From assembly GCA_030586555.1 (NCBI GenBank), contig JAURAC010000002.1:110087-174086 (forward strand): DNA of 64,000 nucleotides. The letters run 5' to 3'. The notes below the pieces were generated by a model. The model was not told the DNA's origin, ran no database searches, and worked only from the letters and a program-made list of their open reading frames with translations. The position numbers and the translations under genes are program-made. How positions within the stretch are numbered: the stretch's first letter is position 1; each line of letters starts with the position of its first letter. Origin of the DNA: Candidatus Subterrananammoxibius californiae (GTDB lineage Bacteria; Planctomycetota; Brocadiia; Brocadiales; Subterrananammoxibiaceae). Shown here piece after piece: positions 39,102-49,634 of this stretch.

Positions 39102-39340
39102 TATCGCCTATCAGTACCGTAAAGATAGTGGTTATGATTGCGTGACCAATCTTTAATACCGACGTCGGTAGCAGTGTCTACTATCTCGTCAAAAACATTA
39201 TAAAGCTTTTTTTTCTGAACCTCTTTTGTGCTCTTTTTAATCTTTAATGTTTTAATGAAGTCCCTTACTTCCTGCAAAGCCTTTACTGGCAGGACTGCTA
39301 TCTCTCTTTCAATTTTTTCTACGGCTACACTTTTTCGCAT
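39101..39340 (-). CDS. Antitoxin partner of the PIN toxin
   Basis: EVRDFI..L, DWSRNHNHYLYG; TAATG coupling. Confidence 0.75.
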   Translation of the reverse strand: MRKSVAVEKIEREIAVLPVKALQEVRDFIKTLKIKKSTKEVQKKKLYNVFDEIVDTATDVGIKDWSRNHNHYLYGTDRR

Positions 39341-39430
39341 TTTTAGACCTATCCGTTAGTATCTTTTGTCCCCTTTAAACGCACATCAAAAAGCAAGGTC
39401 TGATTCCGTCTTTTCCCTTAAAGCGGCAAA

Positions 39431-39685
39431 TTAACGCTTAACGGCTATCCCGTGCTTTTTAAGCAGGGCTGCCACTGATTCTGAGGGTTGTGCGCCAACA
39501 CTTAGCCAGTACTCAATTCTATCCTTTTTTAGCACGGTTTTCTTCGCATCATCAGGTTCGATGGGGTTATAAGTGCCAAGGAGTTCTATGCTTTTACCGT
39601 CCCTCTCCTCATGACTATCAAATGCACCGATTCTATAAAAAGGCAGATTCTTACGTCCCATTCTTTTCATTCTTATTCTTACCAT
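39431..39685 (-). CDS. rpsP: 30S ribosomal protein S16
   Basis: VRIRMKRMGRK..PFYRI, GAQPS. Confidence 0.97.
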   Translation of the reverse strand: MVRIRMKRMGRKNLPFYRIGAFDSHEERDGKSIELLGTYNPIEPDDAKKTVLKKDRIEYWLSVGAQPSESVAALLKKHGIAVKR

Positions 39686-39790
39686 TAATCACTCCCTTTC
39701 ATAAAAAAATTGTTTTACCTCCCCTTTCCCCTCCTTGCGAAGGAGGGGATTAAGGGGTGGTTATGTTTATTTTTCACTTAGTTCCTTTTC

Positions 39791-41164
39791 TCATTTCTTG
39801 CCTATCCTGCCCAAAAAAGGCATCCCTTGCGTCAAGGTAGCAGGAGACATTAACTTCTTTCCGCCATGGAAAGGCATTCTCCCACCACCAATTTGTTTAA
39901 ACATTTTTTTCATCTGCTTAAACTGTTTTAGCAGGAGGTTTACTTCTTGAGGATTTGTTCCGCTCCCACGGGCAATTCGTTGCTTTCTGCTTCCATCAAT
40001 AATATCAGGACGCACCCTCTCATCAACAGTCATTGAGCGGATTATTGCCTCTACCCTTTTCATCTGACCTTCATCAACCTCCATGCCTTGCATCCTTGAA
40101 CCGATGCCTGGTATCATGCCGAGGATTTCTTTGAGCGGACCCATCTTCTTGACCTGCTGAAGTTGCGAGAGGAAGTCCTCGAGGGTTAATGTGTCTTCCA
40201 TGAGCTTCTGCTCTAATTTCCCAGCCTCTTCCATATTAATGGCTTGTTGCGCCCGCTCAACGAAGGATACGACGTCTCCCATGCCGAGTATTCTTGAAGC
40301 CATCCGTTCTGGATGGAACTCCTCGATTCGGTCAAGCTTTTCGCCAGTCCCTACAAACTTTATGGGTTTGCCCGTAATAGCCTTAATAGACAAAGCAGCG
40401 CCGCCACGCGCGTCGCCATCGAGTTTTGATAATATTACTCCGTCAAGGTTGAGTTGTTCATTAAACGCCTTTGCGCTATTGACGGCATCCTGACCGGTCA
40501 TTGAATCACAAACAAAGTAAATTTGATGCGGTTTTAATTTTTCCTTTATTTCTTTGAGCTCAGCCATCAATTCCTGGTCAATATGCAAACGGCCCGCAGT
40601 GTCAAGAAGCAACACATCAACGCCATTTTCTTTTGCATGATTTAAAGCCCTCTGGCATATCTTTACAGGTCTAACCCCTTGCTCTGAGTAAACAGGAACG
40701 TTAAGCTGCTGACCGAGTACTTTTAGTTGCTCTATTGCAGCAGGTCTTTGAACGTCCGCTGCTATAAGCATCGGCTTTCTGCCCTTCGACTGAACCAGTT
40801 TAGCTAATTTCCCAGCCGTGGTTGTCTTTCCACTACCCTGTAATCCTACAAGCATTATGACTGTAGGCTCGCCGTTTGCAAAGGGTATAGTTGAATCAAC
40901 GGGACCCATCAGTTGCTCTATCTCGTCGTGAACGATTTTGACAATCTGCTGCCCCGGTGTAACGCTTTTGATTACATCCTCACCGATTGCCCTTTGCGTC
41001 ACCCTTTCAATAAATTCCTTTACTACCTTATAGTTAACATCCGCCTCGAGCAGGGCGGTCCTAACCTCACGTAAGCCGTCCTGGATATTACTTTCCGTAA
41101 GACGTCCCCTTCCGCGTAGCTTTGAGAAAACCGATTCAAAACTTTTACTGATTGACTCAAACAT
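39791..41164 (-). CDS. ffh: Signal recognition particle protein
   Basis: GLQGSGKTT, DTAGR, DGDARGG, M domain; start MFESI. Confidence 0.98.
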   Translation of the reverse strand: MFESISKSFESVFSKLRGRGRLTESNIQDGLREVRTALLEADVNYKVVKEFIERVTQRAIGEDVIKSVTPGQQIVKIVHDEIEQLMGPVDSTIPFANGEPTVIMLVGLQGSGKTTTAGKLAKLVQSKGRKPMLIAADVQRPAAIEQLKVLGQQLNVPVYSEQGVRPVKICQRALNHAKENGVDVLLLDTAGRLHIDQELMAELKEIKEKLKPHQIYFVCDSMTGQDAVNSAKAFNEQLNLDGVILSKLDGDARGGAALSIKAITGKPIKFVGTGEKLDRIEEFHPERMASRILGMGDVVSFVERAQQAINMEEAGKLEQKLMEDTLTLEDFLSQLQQVKKMGPLKEILGMIPGIGSRMQGMEVDEGQMKRVEAIIRSMTVDERVRPDIIDGSRKQRIARGSGTNPQEVNLLLKQFKQMKKMFKQIGGGRMPFHGGKKLMSPATLTQGMPFLGRIGKK

Positions 41165-41183
41165 AATTAATCCCAATAAATTA

Positions 41184-41251
41184 GTAGCCGCAACCTTTAG
41201 GTTGCGCATACCCTTTAAGCATATTGTCCGCAGGCTAAAGCCTGCGACTAC
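41184..41251. repeat. Inverted pair of GTAG-type REPs (REPIN-like)
   Basis: GTAGCCGCAACCTTTAGGTTGCG ... CGCAGGCTAAAGCCTGCGACTAC. Confidence 0.75.
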
Positions 41252-41345
41252 AAGACTGTAAGATTATTATACTGAACCTGTTAAAATATTCAACTTAAAA
41301 GTGTTCTATGTGAGCCAAGAAAATGTGTACCCATTTGCACCCTTG

Positions 41346-44300
41346 TTATGCTGCCCAATCTCTACAAATCAAGGTTGCTTGTTCTAATACCGTAATTGTA
41401 GCCTTTTGCTGTTTATCTGGAGGATAACCATATTTCCTTAGTATTCTTTTTACCGATATCCTAAGTTTTGCTTGTATGCTTTCCTTCAGTGTCCAATCAA
41501 TAGTTACATTTTTACGAAGGGTTTTAACAAGCTCTCGTGCAATTGTTCTTAATGTTTCATTACCCAAAACTTTTACTGCACTGTCATTTACTTCCAGGGC
41601 ATCATAAAAGGCAAGTTCTTCTTCATTTAAATTTGGTTTTTCTCCTCTACGATTCGCCTCGCGCATCTTTTTGGCTAATTCTATTAATTCTTCAATCACT
41701 TGGGCGCTTTCTATGCTTTTACTTTGATATTTCTTAATGGTTTTTTCCAGCATTTCTGCAAAAGACCTTCCTTGAATCAAATTCTTTTTTGACCTTACTT
41801 TTATCTCATCACTAAGGAGCTTTTTAAGCAATTCCAAAGCAAGATTTTTATGAGGCAATCCTCTAATCTCTGCCAAAAATTCATCTGAAAGTATTGAAAT
41901 ATCTGGTTTTTTCAGTCCGGCGGCAGCAAAAATATCTATGACTTCGTCTGAAGCAATAGCCTTGGAGATAATTTGCCTGATAGCAGAATCCAGTTCTTCC
42001 TGCGTTTTGCCTGCTGTTGTAGTGGTTTTAGCAAGACCAGACCTAACTGCCTGAAAGAATCCAACATCATCACGAATCTTTAAAGCTTCTTCATCCGGTA
42101 CGGCAAGAGCAAATGCCTTTGATAATTCAGTAACATATTTTAAACACCTCTCTTTGCCATCTTTTTGTTTAAGGACGTGTTCAATTGCTGCTGGAATAAG
42201 AGACATCTTCTCCTTTGGTATGCCAGTAAAGAATTTGGAATAATCAAATCCATGAAAAAGCGTAGATACGACTTCGTATTTTTCAAGCATTAAGGCAACT
42301 GCTACATCTTTTGGGATACCCGTTTCTTTTCTATCGCCTTCTGTATATTCTGATAACGCCTTCTTTAACTCGTCTGCTATACCTAAGTAATCAACAACAA
42401 GCCCTCCGGGTTTATCTTTAAAAACACGGTTTACCCTTGCAATTGCCTGCATTAGTCCATGACTGCGCATTGGTTTGTCAACGTACATAGTGTGGAGGCT
42501 CGGAGCATCAAACCCAGTTAACCACATATCCCTTACTATAGCCAGCTTAAGGGGGTTAGCAGGGTCTTTCATGTAGTCTCCAATCGCATGTCGCCTTTGT
42601 TTATTTCTAATATGTTCCTGCCAGCTTACCGGGTCGCTTGCAGACCCCGTCATAACAACCTTTATAATTCCTTTATCATCGTCTTTGTGATACCAGTCGG
42701 GCCTCAATTTAATAAGCTCGTTGTGAAGTTCAATGCAGATGCGCCTGCTCATACAAACAATCATGCCTTTGCCATCAAGGACTTCAAGGCGCTTCTCGAA
42801 GTGGTCAACAATATCCTTTGCAACGCTCTTTATACGTTTTTCGCTCCCCACTATGGCTTCAAGCCTTGCCCACCTGCTTTTTAATTTTTCCTTCTTATCC
42901 ACTTCTTCACCTTCTGTGACTTCTTCAAATTCGGGGTCAATCTTTGGTCTTTCCTCAGGTTTTAATTCAAGCTTTGCCAATCTGCTTTCGTAGTATATCC
43001 TTACCGTTGCCCCATCCTTTACTGCCTGCTCAACGTCATAAACGTCAATATAATTTCCGAACACGGCAGGGGTGTTTCTATCCGTTTTTTCAATTGGAGT
43101 TCCAGTAAAGCCTATAAATGATGCGTTAGGCAGTGCATCCCTCATGTGCCTTGCAAAACCATCAATAAAATCATACTGGCTCCTGTGCGCTTCGTCTGCA
43201 ATAACTACGATATTTCTTCTCCCTGAAAGCAGGGGATATTTTCCACCTTTTTCTTCTGGCAGAAATTTTTGTATCGTTGTAAACACAATCCCGCCAGAGG
43301 CAACCTTAAGAAGATTTTTAAGATTATCCCTTGACTCTGACTGAACAGGTGCTTGTCTCAACAATTCTTGGCAGCGGCTGAAAGTGCCAAATAACTGGTC
43401 ATCCAAATCGTTCCTATCTGTCAATACAACGATTGTAGGATTATCTAATTTTAGAACAAGTTTCCCCGTGTAGAAAACCATACTTAGACTCTTTCCAGAA
43501 CCCTGGGTATGCCAGACAACACCACAGCGCTTGTCTCCTTTTATATCCGATGCCCTAATAGTCGCTTCAATAGCCTTATTTACAGCGTGATATTGATGGT
43601 ACGCAGCCAATTTCTTAAGTATGCTCTGGCGTTCTTTTTCAAAAACGATAAAGTGCCTTAGCAGGTCAAGCATTCGGTTTTTATCAAACATTCCTTTGAA
43701 AAGCACTTCCAACTGCGGCATTACGCTGGATGCCGTTTCTTTTCCTTCAATGGTTTTCCATGGCAAAAACCATTCTTTGCCAGATGTTATAGTTCCTGCT
43801 CTTGCCTCTGTCCCATCGCTGATAATCAAAATTTCATTGTAATGAAATAACGAGGGAATCTGTTCCTTGTAGGTTTCAAATTGGTTGAAGGCAGTCCAGA
43901 TTGTTGCATTTTCATCTGCCGGGTTTTTCAATTCAATGACTACTAAAGGCAGACCATTCACAAAAAGGATTATATCGGGTCTTCTGTTGGGTGGTTGTTT
44001 TGCAAGTACGGTAAACTGATTTACAGCCAGGAATTCGTTGTTTTGTGCATTCTCAAAATCAAAAAGCCAGACCTTATCTCCCCTGATGGCCCCGTCTTCT
44101 CTACGATACTCAATATCAACGCCGTCAACAAGCATCTTATGGAAGGTCTGGTTATTAATAACAAGGCTCGGACTTTCAGCCCTTAAGGCCTTTTTAAACG
44201 CTTCTTCCCTTGCTTCTTCTGGTATACTCGGATTGAACCTATCAATAGCATCTCTTAGCCTTTCAACGAGGACAACATCAGAATAGCTCCACCTTTCTGG

Positions 44301-44411
44301 ATTAGTTCCATCTGGGGTAATATCAGGTCCGTAGCATACTTCATAGCCTAATTCTGAGAGAATATCGAGGGCGGCTTGTTCAATATCGGATTCGGTAATT
44401 ATGTGTGGCAT
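41346..44411 (-). CDS. hsdR: Type I restriction endonuclease subunit R
   Basis: [31 protein letters not shown]. Confidence 0.96.
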   Translation of the reverse strand: MPHIITESDIEQAALDILSELGYEVCYGPDITPDGTNPERWSYSDVVLVERLRDAIDRFNPSIPEEAREEAFKKALRAESPSLVINNQTFHKMLVDGVDIEYRREDGAIRGDKVWLFDFENAQNNEFLAVNQFTVLAKQPPNRRPDIILFVNGLPLVVIELKNPADENATIWTAFNQFETYKEQIPSLFHYNEILIISDGTEARAGTITSGKEWFLPWKTIEGKETASSVMPQLEVLFKGMFDKNRMLDLLRHFIVFEKERQSILKKLAAYHQYHAVNKAIEATIRASDIKGDKRCGVVWHTQGSGKSLSMVFYTGKLVLKLDNPTIVVLTDRNDLDDQLFGTFSRCQELLRQAPVQSESRDNLKNLLKVASGGIVFTTIQKFLPEEKGGKYPLLSGRRNIVVIADEAHRSQYDFIDGFARHMRDALPNASFIGFTGTPIEKTDRNTPAVFGNYIDVYDVEQAVKDGATVRIYYESRLAKLELKPEERPKIDPEFEEVTEGEEVDKKEKLKSRWARLEAIVGSEKRIKSVAKDIVDHFEKRLEVLDGKGMIVCMSRRICIELHNELIKLRPDWYHKDDDKGIIKVVMTGSASDPVSWQEHIRNKQRRHAIGDYMKDPANPLKLAIVRDMWLTGFDAPSLHTMYVDKPMRSHGLMQAIARVNRVFKDKPGGLVVDYLGIADELKKALSEYTEGDRKETGIPKDVAVALMLEKYEVVSTLFHGFDYSKFFTGIPKEKMSLIPAAIEHVLKQKDGKERCLKYVTELSKAFALAVPDEEALKIRDDVGFFQAVRSGLAKTTTTAGKTQEELDSAIRQIISKAIASDEVIDIFAAAGLKKPDISILSDEFLAEIRGLPHKNLALELLKKLLSDEIKVRSKKNLIQGRSFAEMLEKTIKKYQSKSIESAQVIEELIELAKKMREANRRGEKPNLNEEELAFYDALEVNDSAVKVLGNETLRTIARELVKTLRKNVTIDWTLKESIQAKLRISVKRILRKYGYPPDKQQKATITVLEQATLICRDWAA

Positions 44412-44414
44412 AGG

Positions 44415-45008
44415 TTAACCCTGAAATATTTTCTGGTAATAATCTTTCACCGTAGAGACGCAAAATTTTGCGTCTCTTTTCGTGTTTTCAATATCCGATT
44501 CCCATCGTAAGGGGTTGTATGTAATGTATTCGCGAATTCTATTTAATGATGTTTCGTTGCGGATAATATGCTCGTAAAAACGAGGTTGCCATTGAAATGG
44601 TACACAATTCATCGTTGCCCATTTTTTAACACCTGCCTTATATCCGCGGATTATTGATGCTAAATTTTTTGATTGCGGGCCGAATGTATTTTCATATGGT
44701 AGAGACGCAAGATTTTGCGTCTCTACAATAACATTGCCATTTTCGATAATCATTATTCCATGTACATGGTTGGGCATTATAATAAATCCGTCTAACATAA
44801 CAACAGGAAAATGAATGGGGATTTCTGTCCAATATTGATGCGCCATTTCCCCAATTTCCGTTAATTCCACCTGCCCATTCACGATATCCCTGAAATAATT
44901 AACGCGGTCTTTTGTGCAGGTGGTGATGAAATATGCACCTGACGAATAATCCCAATGTTTCAACCGTGTAGATTCAATGCGGTATTCGTTCATGTATTTT
45001 TCTGTCAT
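44415..45008 (-). mobile_element. REP-associated tyrosine transposase (RAYT) with REPs at 44452, 44699 and 45032
   Basis: YFITTCT, MPNHVHGI (HUH), WQ.RFYEHIIR, YITYNP; GTAGAGACGCAA...TTGCGTCTCTAC palindromes. Confidence 0.9.
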
Positions 45009-45055
45009 ACCGACACCTAATCTCCCCTGCCGTAGAGACACAAAATCTTGCGTCT

Positions 45056-46381
45056 CTACATCTCCGCATCCTTCGCCCTAATCTTCCCTGACATTAGTTT
45101 TGGAAGGAGAGAATCACGGATTGCTGCAAGGTTGCGTGATTGTTTCACATTGGAAAGTATCTGTTTGTCTAAACGTTCGACTGGTGAACAGAATTTGTCC
45201 AGCAAAACTTCCGGTGGGAGAATGATTTTAAAATCATGAACGTCTGACTTAGTTACTGAACCAAAAACAGTTCCTTCTGCTTCAAATTTATTCCACCTTG
45301 ATTGAGTAGCACACAGCAAGTAATAAAGGTATCCATAATGCCTTTCTTTTGGACTAAGTGCTGCAATTCCCCGTCCAATTGCGCATCGTTCTTCTGCCAC
45401 ATTTAAACTTCCGACAGGCGCACGAACACTTAGAAGTATATCCCCCTTTTCGGCGAATCGGGTGGGTATAGTGCAGTAAACCCGTTTGTTAGGAAACCTA
45501 AATCCAAAGTCACGTATACCTTGATAAAATGGTAATCCTTCTCCTACTTCATTATAAGTTTTTCCAGGTGGTGATTGCCCCATGGTAATCTCGCAAATAT
45601 CTTTCAACGTCCCAACCCTCCACCCCTCCGGAATTTCTCCCAATTCTGAATCAACCATCTTTCCGCCGCTGGATTTGTAGGGGTTGCCTGCTTCATTTGG
45701 CTTGCCCTGAGCGAAGTCGAAGGGGAATTCAAAATCTACGAACCAGCGCTTAAAAATCGCCTGCCCAATCTTTTCAAGTGTCGCATTCATCTGTCGGTCG
45801 AGCTCGATTTTATCGTCCAGTGCCCCGAGGATGGAAGCGATGGCATTTTGTTCTGAGAAAGTTGGCAAGAGGAAAGAATAATTTAATATTCTATTTGGGG
45901 ATGTATGTTTTACTGTTGTTCCTGTTGCTGTAGCGAGAATTTCATTCCTGTAATCTTTGTTTCTTAAAAGCCAATATAGAAAATTCCTATCTATATTCGA
46001 ATTTCTTTTAAACATTATTTTGCCAAGTCTTTGATTGTGCAAAAAGTTTTTGTTAATTTTGTAAGGGATTTTTGCTGAGTAACCAAGTGTATCACCTTCT
46101 TTGCTTAAATCTGTCATTGTAACAACAATATCCCCTTCTTTTAGAATAAACTCTTCTGGAATCTCTCCAGTATAGTATTTAAATTTAGAATCATTGAACC
46201 CTCCGCCTATTTTAAAATTACCTGGGGTAAGAAGTATGTTTTTATTTTCTTTTTCAGTGAAATACTCTCCTTTAAAAGCGTATCCATGCTTAATTTCTAT
46301 GTGGTCACATAATTTTGCTTTTTTCCAATCCTCAGGAATCTTGCCAATTCCAGTTTCCTTGAATTTTGTTTCAGACCCCAT
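45056..46381 (-). CDS. hsdS: Type I R-M specificity subunit S
   Basis: Two TRDs, EQ.AIA.IL..LDDKI, SELGEIPEGW, RDSLLPKLMSG. Confidence 0.95.
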   Translation of the reverse strand: MGSETKFKETGIGKIPEDWKKAKLCDHIEIKHGYAFKGEYFTEKENKNILLTPGNFKIGGGFNDSKFKYYTGEIPEEFILKEGDIVVTMTDLSKEGDTLGYSAKIPYKINKNFLHNQRLGKIMFKRNSNIDRNFLYWLLRNKDYRNEILATATGTTVKHTSPNRILNYSFLLPTFSEQNAIASILGALDDKIELDRQMNATLEKIGQAIFKRWFVDFEFPFDFAQGKPNEAGNPYKSSGGKMVDSELGEIPEGWRVGTLKDICEITMGQSPPGKTYNEVGEGLPFYQGIRDFGFRFPNKRVYCTIPTRFAEKGDILLSVRAPVGSLNVAEERCAIGRGIAALSPKERHYGYLYYLLCATQSRWNKFEAEGTVFGSVTKSDVHDFKIILPPEVLLDKFCSPVERLDKQILSNVKQSRNLAAIRDSLLPKLMSGKIRAKDAEM

Positions 46382-46393
46382 ACCCCACTCCTT

Positions 46394-47506
46394 TCAAGAA
46401 TCACCTTCAGTTCTTTTAAGAGATAGCGCAGGAGATGCCGAAAGGGATGTCTCCAGTTCCTCGGTACTCGGCAGAATGCCTTTAAGATTCTTCGGCAAGG
46501 TTTCCGTAAGTTTATATCCTGAGACGCCGATCGGTTTTCGGGTGTCACGCAGGGCGTATTCCACAATCACCTTGTTTTTGGCTTTGCATAGTATTATGCC
46601 GATGCTCGGCTGGTCGTCCTTGTGGCGCAGGAGGTCATCTACTGCCGAAAGATAAAAATTCATCTTTCCTGCGTATTCGGGCTGGAATTCTCCCACCTTG
46701 AGCTCGATAACCACAAAACAACGCAGGCGGAGATGATAGAACAGAAGGTCAATATAAAAATCCTCGCCGCCGACCTCCAGATGGTATTGGCTGCCGACAA
46801 AGGCGAACCCTACACCGAGTTCAAGCAGGAACGCCCTTAACTGCTCCAAAAGGGCATTTTCCATGTCCCGTTCTTTCGCCTCTTCACCAATGCCGAGGAA
46901 GTCGAAGACATACGGGTCTTTCAAAACCTGCCTGGCAAGCTCTGATTGAGGCGCGGGCAGGGTGCGGTCAAAGTTGGTTATAGCCTTCCCCTGCCGTCTG
47001 TAAAGGTCGCTTTCTATTTGATGGACGAGGACATTGCGCGACCAGCCATGCTGAATGGTCTGGCGGATATACCATTCACGCTCAATCTGGTCTTGGATTT
47101 TGTCCAGCAGGATACAGTTGTGGAACCATGGAATTTGTGCAGCAACCTGCTGCACAAATCGCTCATTCTGATATGCTCCTGCGAACGCCCGCATGTATTT
47201 GAGATTGCGCGGTGAAAAGCCCTTCATTTCATGGAACTCCAGACAGAGGTCGCGGGCAAGACGGTCTATGACCTTTGAACCCCACCCCTCCTCTTGTTGC
47301 CGGCGTAAAATCTGCCGTCCAACTTCCCAATAGAGCAGGATTAATTCACGGTTAGCTGCAAGCCCTGCGCGTATTTGAGCGGAACGAATACGCGCCTTGA
47401 GGTCTTCGAGCAGTTCCGCGTAACCTGCCGGCGCCTTTACTAACTGTGCAACGGGTTGTTGCACAATTTCAGATTTGGATTTTTTTGTTTTTCCCTTATC
47501 CGCCAT
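46394..47506 (-). CDS. YhcG/DUF1016 PD-(D/E)xK nuclease domain protein
   Basis: GFSPRNLKYMR, KDPYVFDFL, IDLLFYH, IELK. Confidence 0.93.
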   Translation of the reverse strand: MADKGKTKKSKSEIVQQPVAQLVKAPAGYAELLEDLKARIRSAQIRAGLAANRELILLYWEVGRQILRRQQEEGWGSKVIDRLARDLCLEFHEMKGFSPRNLKYMRAFAGAYQNERFVQQVAAQIPWFHNCILLDKIQDQIEREWYIRQTIQHGWSRNVLVHQIESDLYRRQGKAITNFDRTLPAPQSELARQVLKDPYVFDFLGIGEEAKERDMENALLEQLRAFLLELGVGFAFVGSQYHLEVGGEDFYIDLLFYHLRLRCFVVIELKVGEFQPEYAGKMNFYLSAVDDLLRHKDDQPSIGIILCKAKNKVIVEYALRDTRKPIGVSGYKLTETLPKNLKGILPSTEELETSLSASPALSLKRTEGDS

Positions 47507-47593
47507 ACCCCAGCACCTCCATCATGACTAAGCGACCAAACATTCAGGACAACCCCACCCCTTCATATTTCCCACACTTGTTTTGTGCTTATA

Positions 47594-47663
47594 AGGGCGG
47601 GTTTGAAACCCGCCCCTACGGTATCCCCAACCCTTGTAGAGACGCAAAATCTTGCGTCTCTAC
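47594..47663. repeat. Two GTAG-type REPs
   Basis: AGGGCGGGTTTGAAACCCGCCCCTAC; GTAGAGACGCAAAATCTTGCGTCTCTAC. Confidence 0.8.
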
Positions 47664-47667
47664 ATCA

Positions 47668-48195
47668 TTATTTTTCTTCCTTCTTCCTCTGGAACCCAAT
47701 TTGACTGCGCTTAGGCTCAGAAGGAGTCATTAGTTGACGAATAGCATCAAAAACAGCCTTAAATTGAGCATCATATTCCCTTTCAAGTGCATCGAGTTTG
47801 CGGGCTAACTCTGCATTTGAAGCAAGCATCTGACGAAGCCTGACAAATGCCCGCATAATTTCTATGTTGACTAATACCGCCCTCTTGCTCTTTAGAACAC
47901 TGGATAGCATAGCGACACCCTGTTCAGTGAAGGCGTAGGGAGTAGCGCGGCGTAAGCCTCCCCAACTTGAAATCACAATTTGTGATTTCAAGTTATCAAA
48001 CTCCTCTTTGGTTAGATGAAACATAAAGTCTTCAGGGAATCGTTCAATATTTCTTTTTACAGCCTGCACCAACACGCGCGGTTCAACCCCGTAAAGCTCA
48101 GCAAGGTCTGCGCTCAACATGACCTTTTGTCCTCGAATTAAAAGGATTGAGTGTTCAATCCGCTCAATAGGTATTATGGACTGTTTATCTGTCAA
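47668..48195 (-). CDS. ORF6N (KilA-N-like) domain protein
   Basis: [37 protein letters not shown]. Confidence 0.92.
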   Translation of the reverse strand: MTDKQSIIPIERIEHSILLIRGQKVMLSADLAELYGVEPRVLVQAVKRNIERFPEDFMFHLTKEEFDNLKSQIVISSWGGLRRATPYAFTEQGVAMLSSVLKSKRAVLVNIEIMRAFVRLRQMLASNAELARKLDALEREYDAQFKAVFDAIRQLMTPSEPKRSQIGFQRKKEEK

Positions 48196-48277
48196 ATCCT
48201 AACCCACCAAGATTATTTTTTATCTCTTGTTCTAATTCCCTTGATTTCTTAAACTGCTCTGCAAGTTCAAAGGTAAG
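48185..48277 (-). pseudogene. Orphan HsdM C-terminal tail
   Basis: [30 protein letters not shown] resembles the HsdM end [23 protein letters not shown]. Confidence 0.75.
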
Positions 48278-48283
48278 CCCCTC

Positions 48284-49468
48284 TTATGTCGGTTGTTTTG
48301 CACCCTCGTCAAGCACCTTTAAATACGATTCGTAACAGAAAAGACGATTTCTTTGCTTACCTGTAAATTCACGTACTAAACGCAGCTTTTGAAGATTTGC
48401 CATGGCTTTGTTGACTGCTGGAAAGGAGAGGTGGAGCTCTGTTTGTGCGACAGGCAGGGATAGAATGACCCGTTTTTTGAGAAGTTCATGAACCCGCAAT
48501 GCAGAACCAGCAGCCTTACCGATATGCTGGATCTGCTGACGATGCTGTTCAAACATGGTGATTAACTTTCTGGCGGTTTCAGTTGCCTGTTCAGATACTT
48601 CTTTAACACCGGTAAGATAAAATGCAAGCCAGCCTTCCCAGTCGCCTTCGGTCCTAATGCGCTGAAGGGCATCGTAATATTCTGTCCGATGCTGTTTCAA
48701 GAAGAGGCTCAAGTAGAGAAGCGGTTGCGAAAGCGCACCTTCTGCGCACAAAATGAAGGTGATTAAAAGGCGGCCTACACGGCCGTTACCATCCAAAAAT
48801 GGGTGAATTGTTTCAAACTGGGCATGTGCCAGTCCTGCTTTGATAAGCGGTGGAGTAGCGACTGGGTCATTATGGAGAAACTTTTCAAGGGCTCCCATAG
48901 CGGGCAGGACCTCGTAGGGTGGAGGCGGCACAAAGAAAGCATTGCTCGGACGGCTCCCGCCTATCCAGTTTTGGGAACGGCGAAATTCTCCTGGTTCTTT
49001 TTCGCTGCCGCGTGTCCCTTTCAAAAGCAGGGCATGAATTTCCTTAAGGAGGCGTAAACTCAATGGAAAGCCGTTTTGTAAACGGCTCAGCCCGTGATTC
49101 ATTGTGGCTACGTAATTAGAAACCTCCTGAACATCTATTAAAGGAACCCCGGGGATTTCTTTATTTTCAAACAGTAAAAGATCCGAGAGGGAAGACTGGG
49201 TCCCTTCAATTTGGGATGAAAGGACAGCTTCTTTACGGACATAGGTGTAGAGAAAAAGATGTGGATCCGGCAAAAGAACAGAAACCCCCTCAAGTCTGCC
49301 TAAGGCCCAGTTTGCCCGTTCCTCCAAGTCCTGTAATCTGGCATCATAATGGATGGGAGGGGCGGGGGGTAACGGAGCAGGGATAAAACTTGTAAAGTGT
49401 TCCGGACCTGCCAGTTGCTTGATCCATCTGCCTGCTCGTGTATTATTTCTTAAAGTTTTTATATTCAT
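48284..49468 (-). CDS. Fic family protein with C-terminal HTH
   Basis: SSQIEG inhibitory motif, HPFLDGNGRVGR. Confidence 0.95.
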   Translation of the reverse strand: MNIKTLRNNTRAGRWIKQLAGPEHFTSFIPAPLPPAPPIHYDARLQDLEERANWALGRLEGVSVLLPDPHLFLYTYVRKEAVLSSQIEGTQSSLSDLLLFENKEIPGVPLIDVQEVSNYVATMNHGLSRLQNGFPLSLRLLKEIHALLLKGTRGSEKEPGEFRRSQNWIGGSRPSNAFFVPPPPYEVLPAMGALEKFLHNDPVATPPLIKAGLAHAQFETIHPFLDGNGRVGRLLITFILCAEGALSQPLLYLSLFLKQHRTEYYDALQRIRTEGDWEGWLAFYLTGVKEVSEQATETARKLITMFEQHRQQIQHIGKAAGSALRVHELLKKRVILSLPVAQTELHLSFPAVNKAMANLQKLRLVREFTGKQRNRLFCYESYLKVLDEGAKQPT

Positions 49469-49478
49469 AGCGACATTA

Positions 49479-49628
49479 TTAAATTATAAACCACAATCGT
49501 TTAATAAGCAATATTGTTATTAAATGATTGTTTAATTAAAATGTGCACGTTAAATTATAGGTCGGTATCGTTTAATTACCAAATAGTTATTAAACTATCG
49601 TTTAAGTGGAGAAATCTATTTAAATTAC
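49479..49628. repeat. ~70-bp degenerate tandem duplication with four ATYGTTTAA motifs upstream of fic
   Basis: TTAAATTA at 49479/49550/49620; ATYGTTTAA at 49496/49527/49567/49597. Confidence 0.6.
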
Positions 49629-49634
49629 CGCTAC

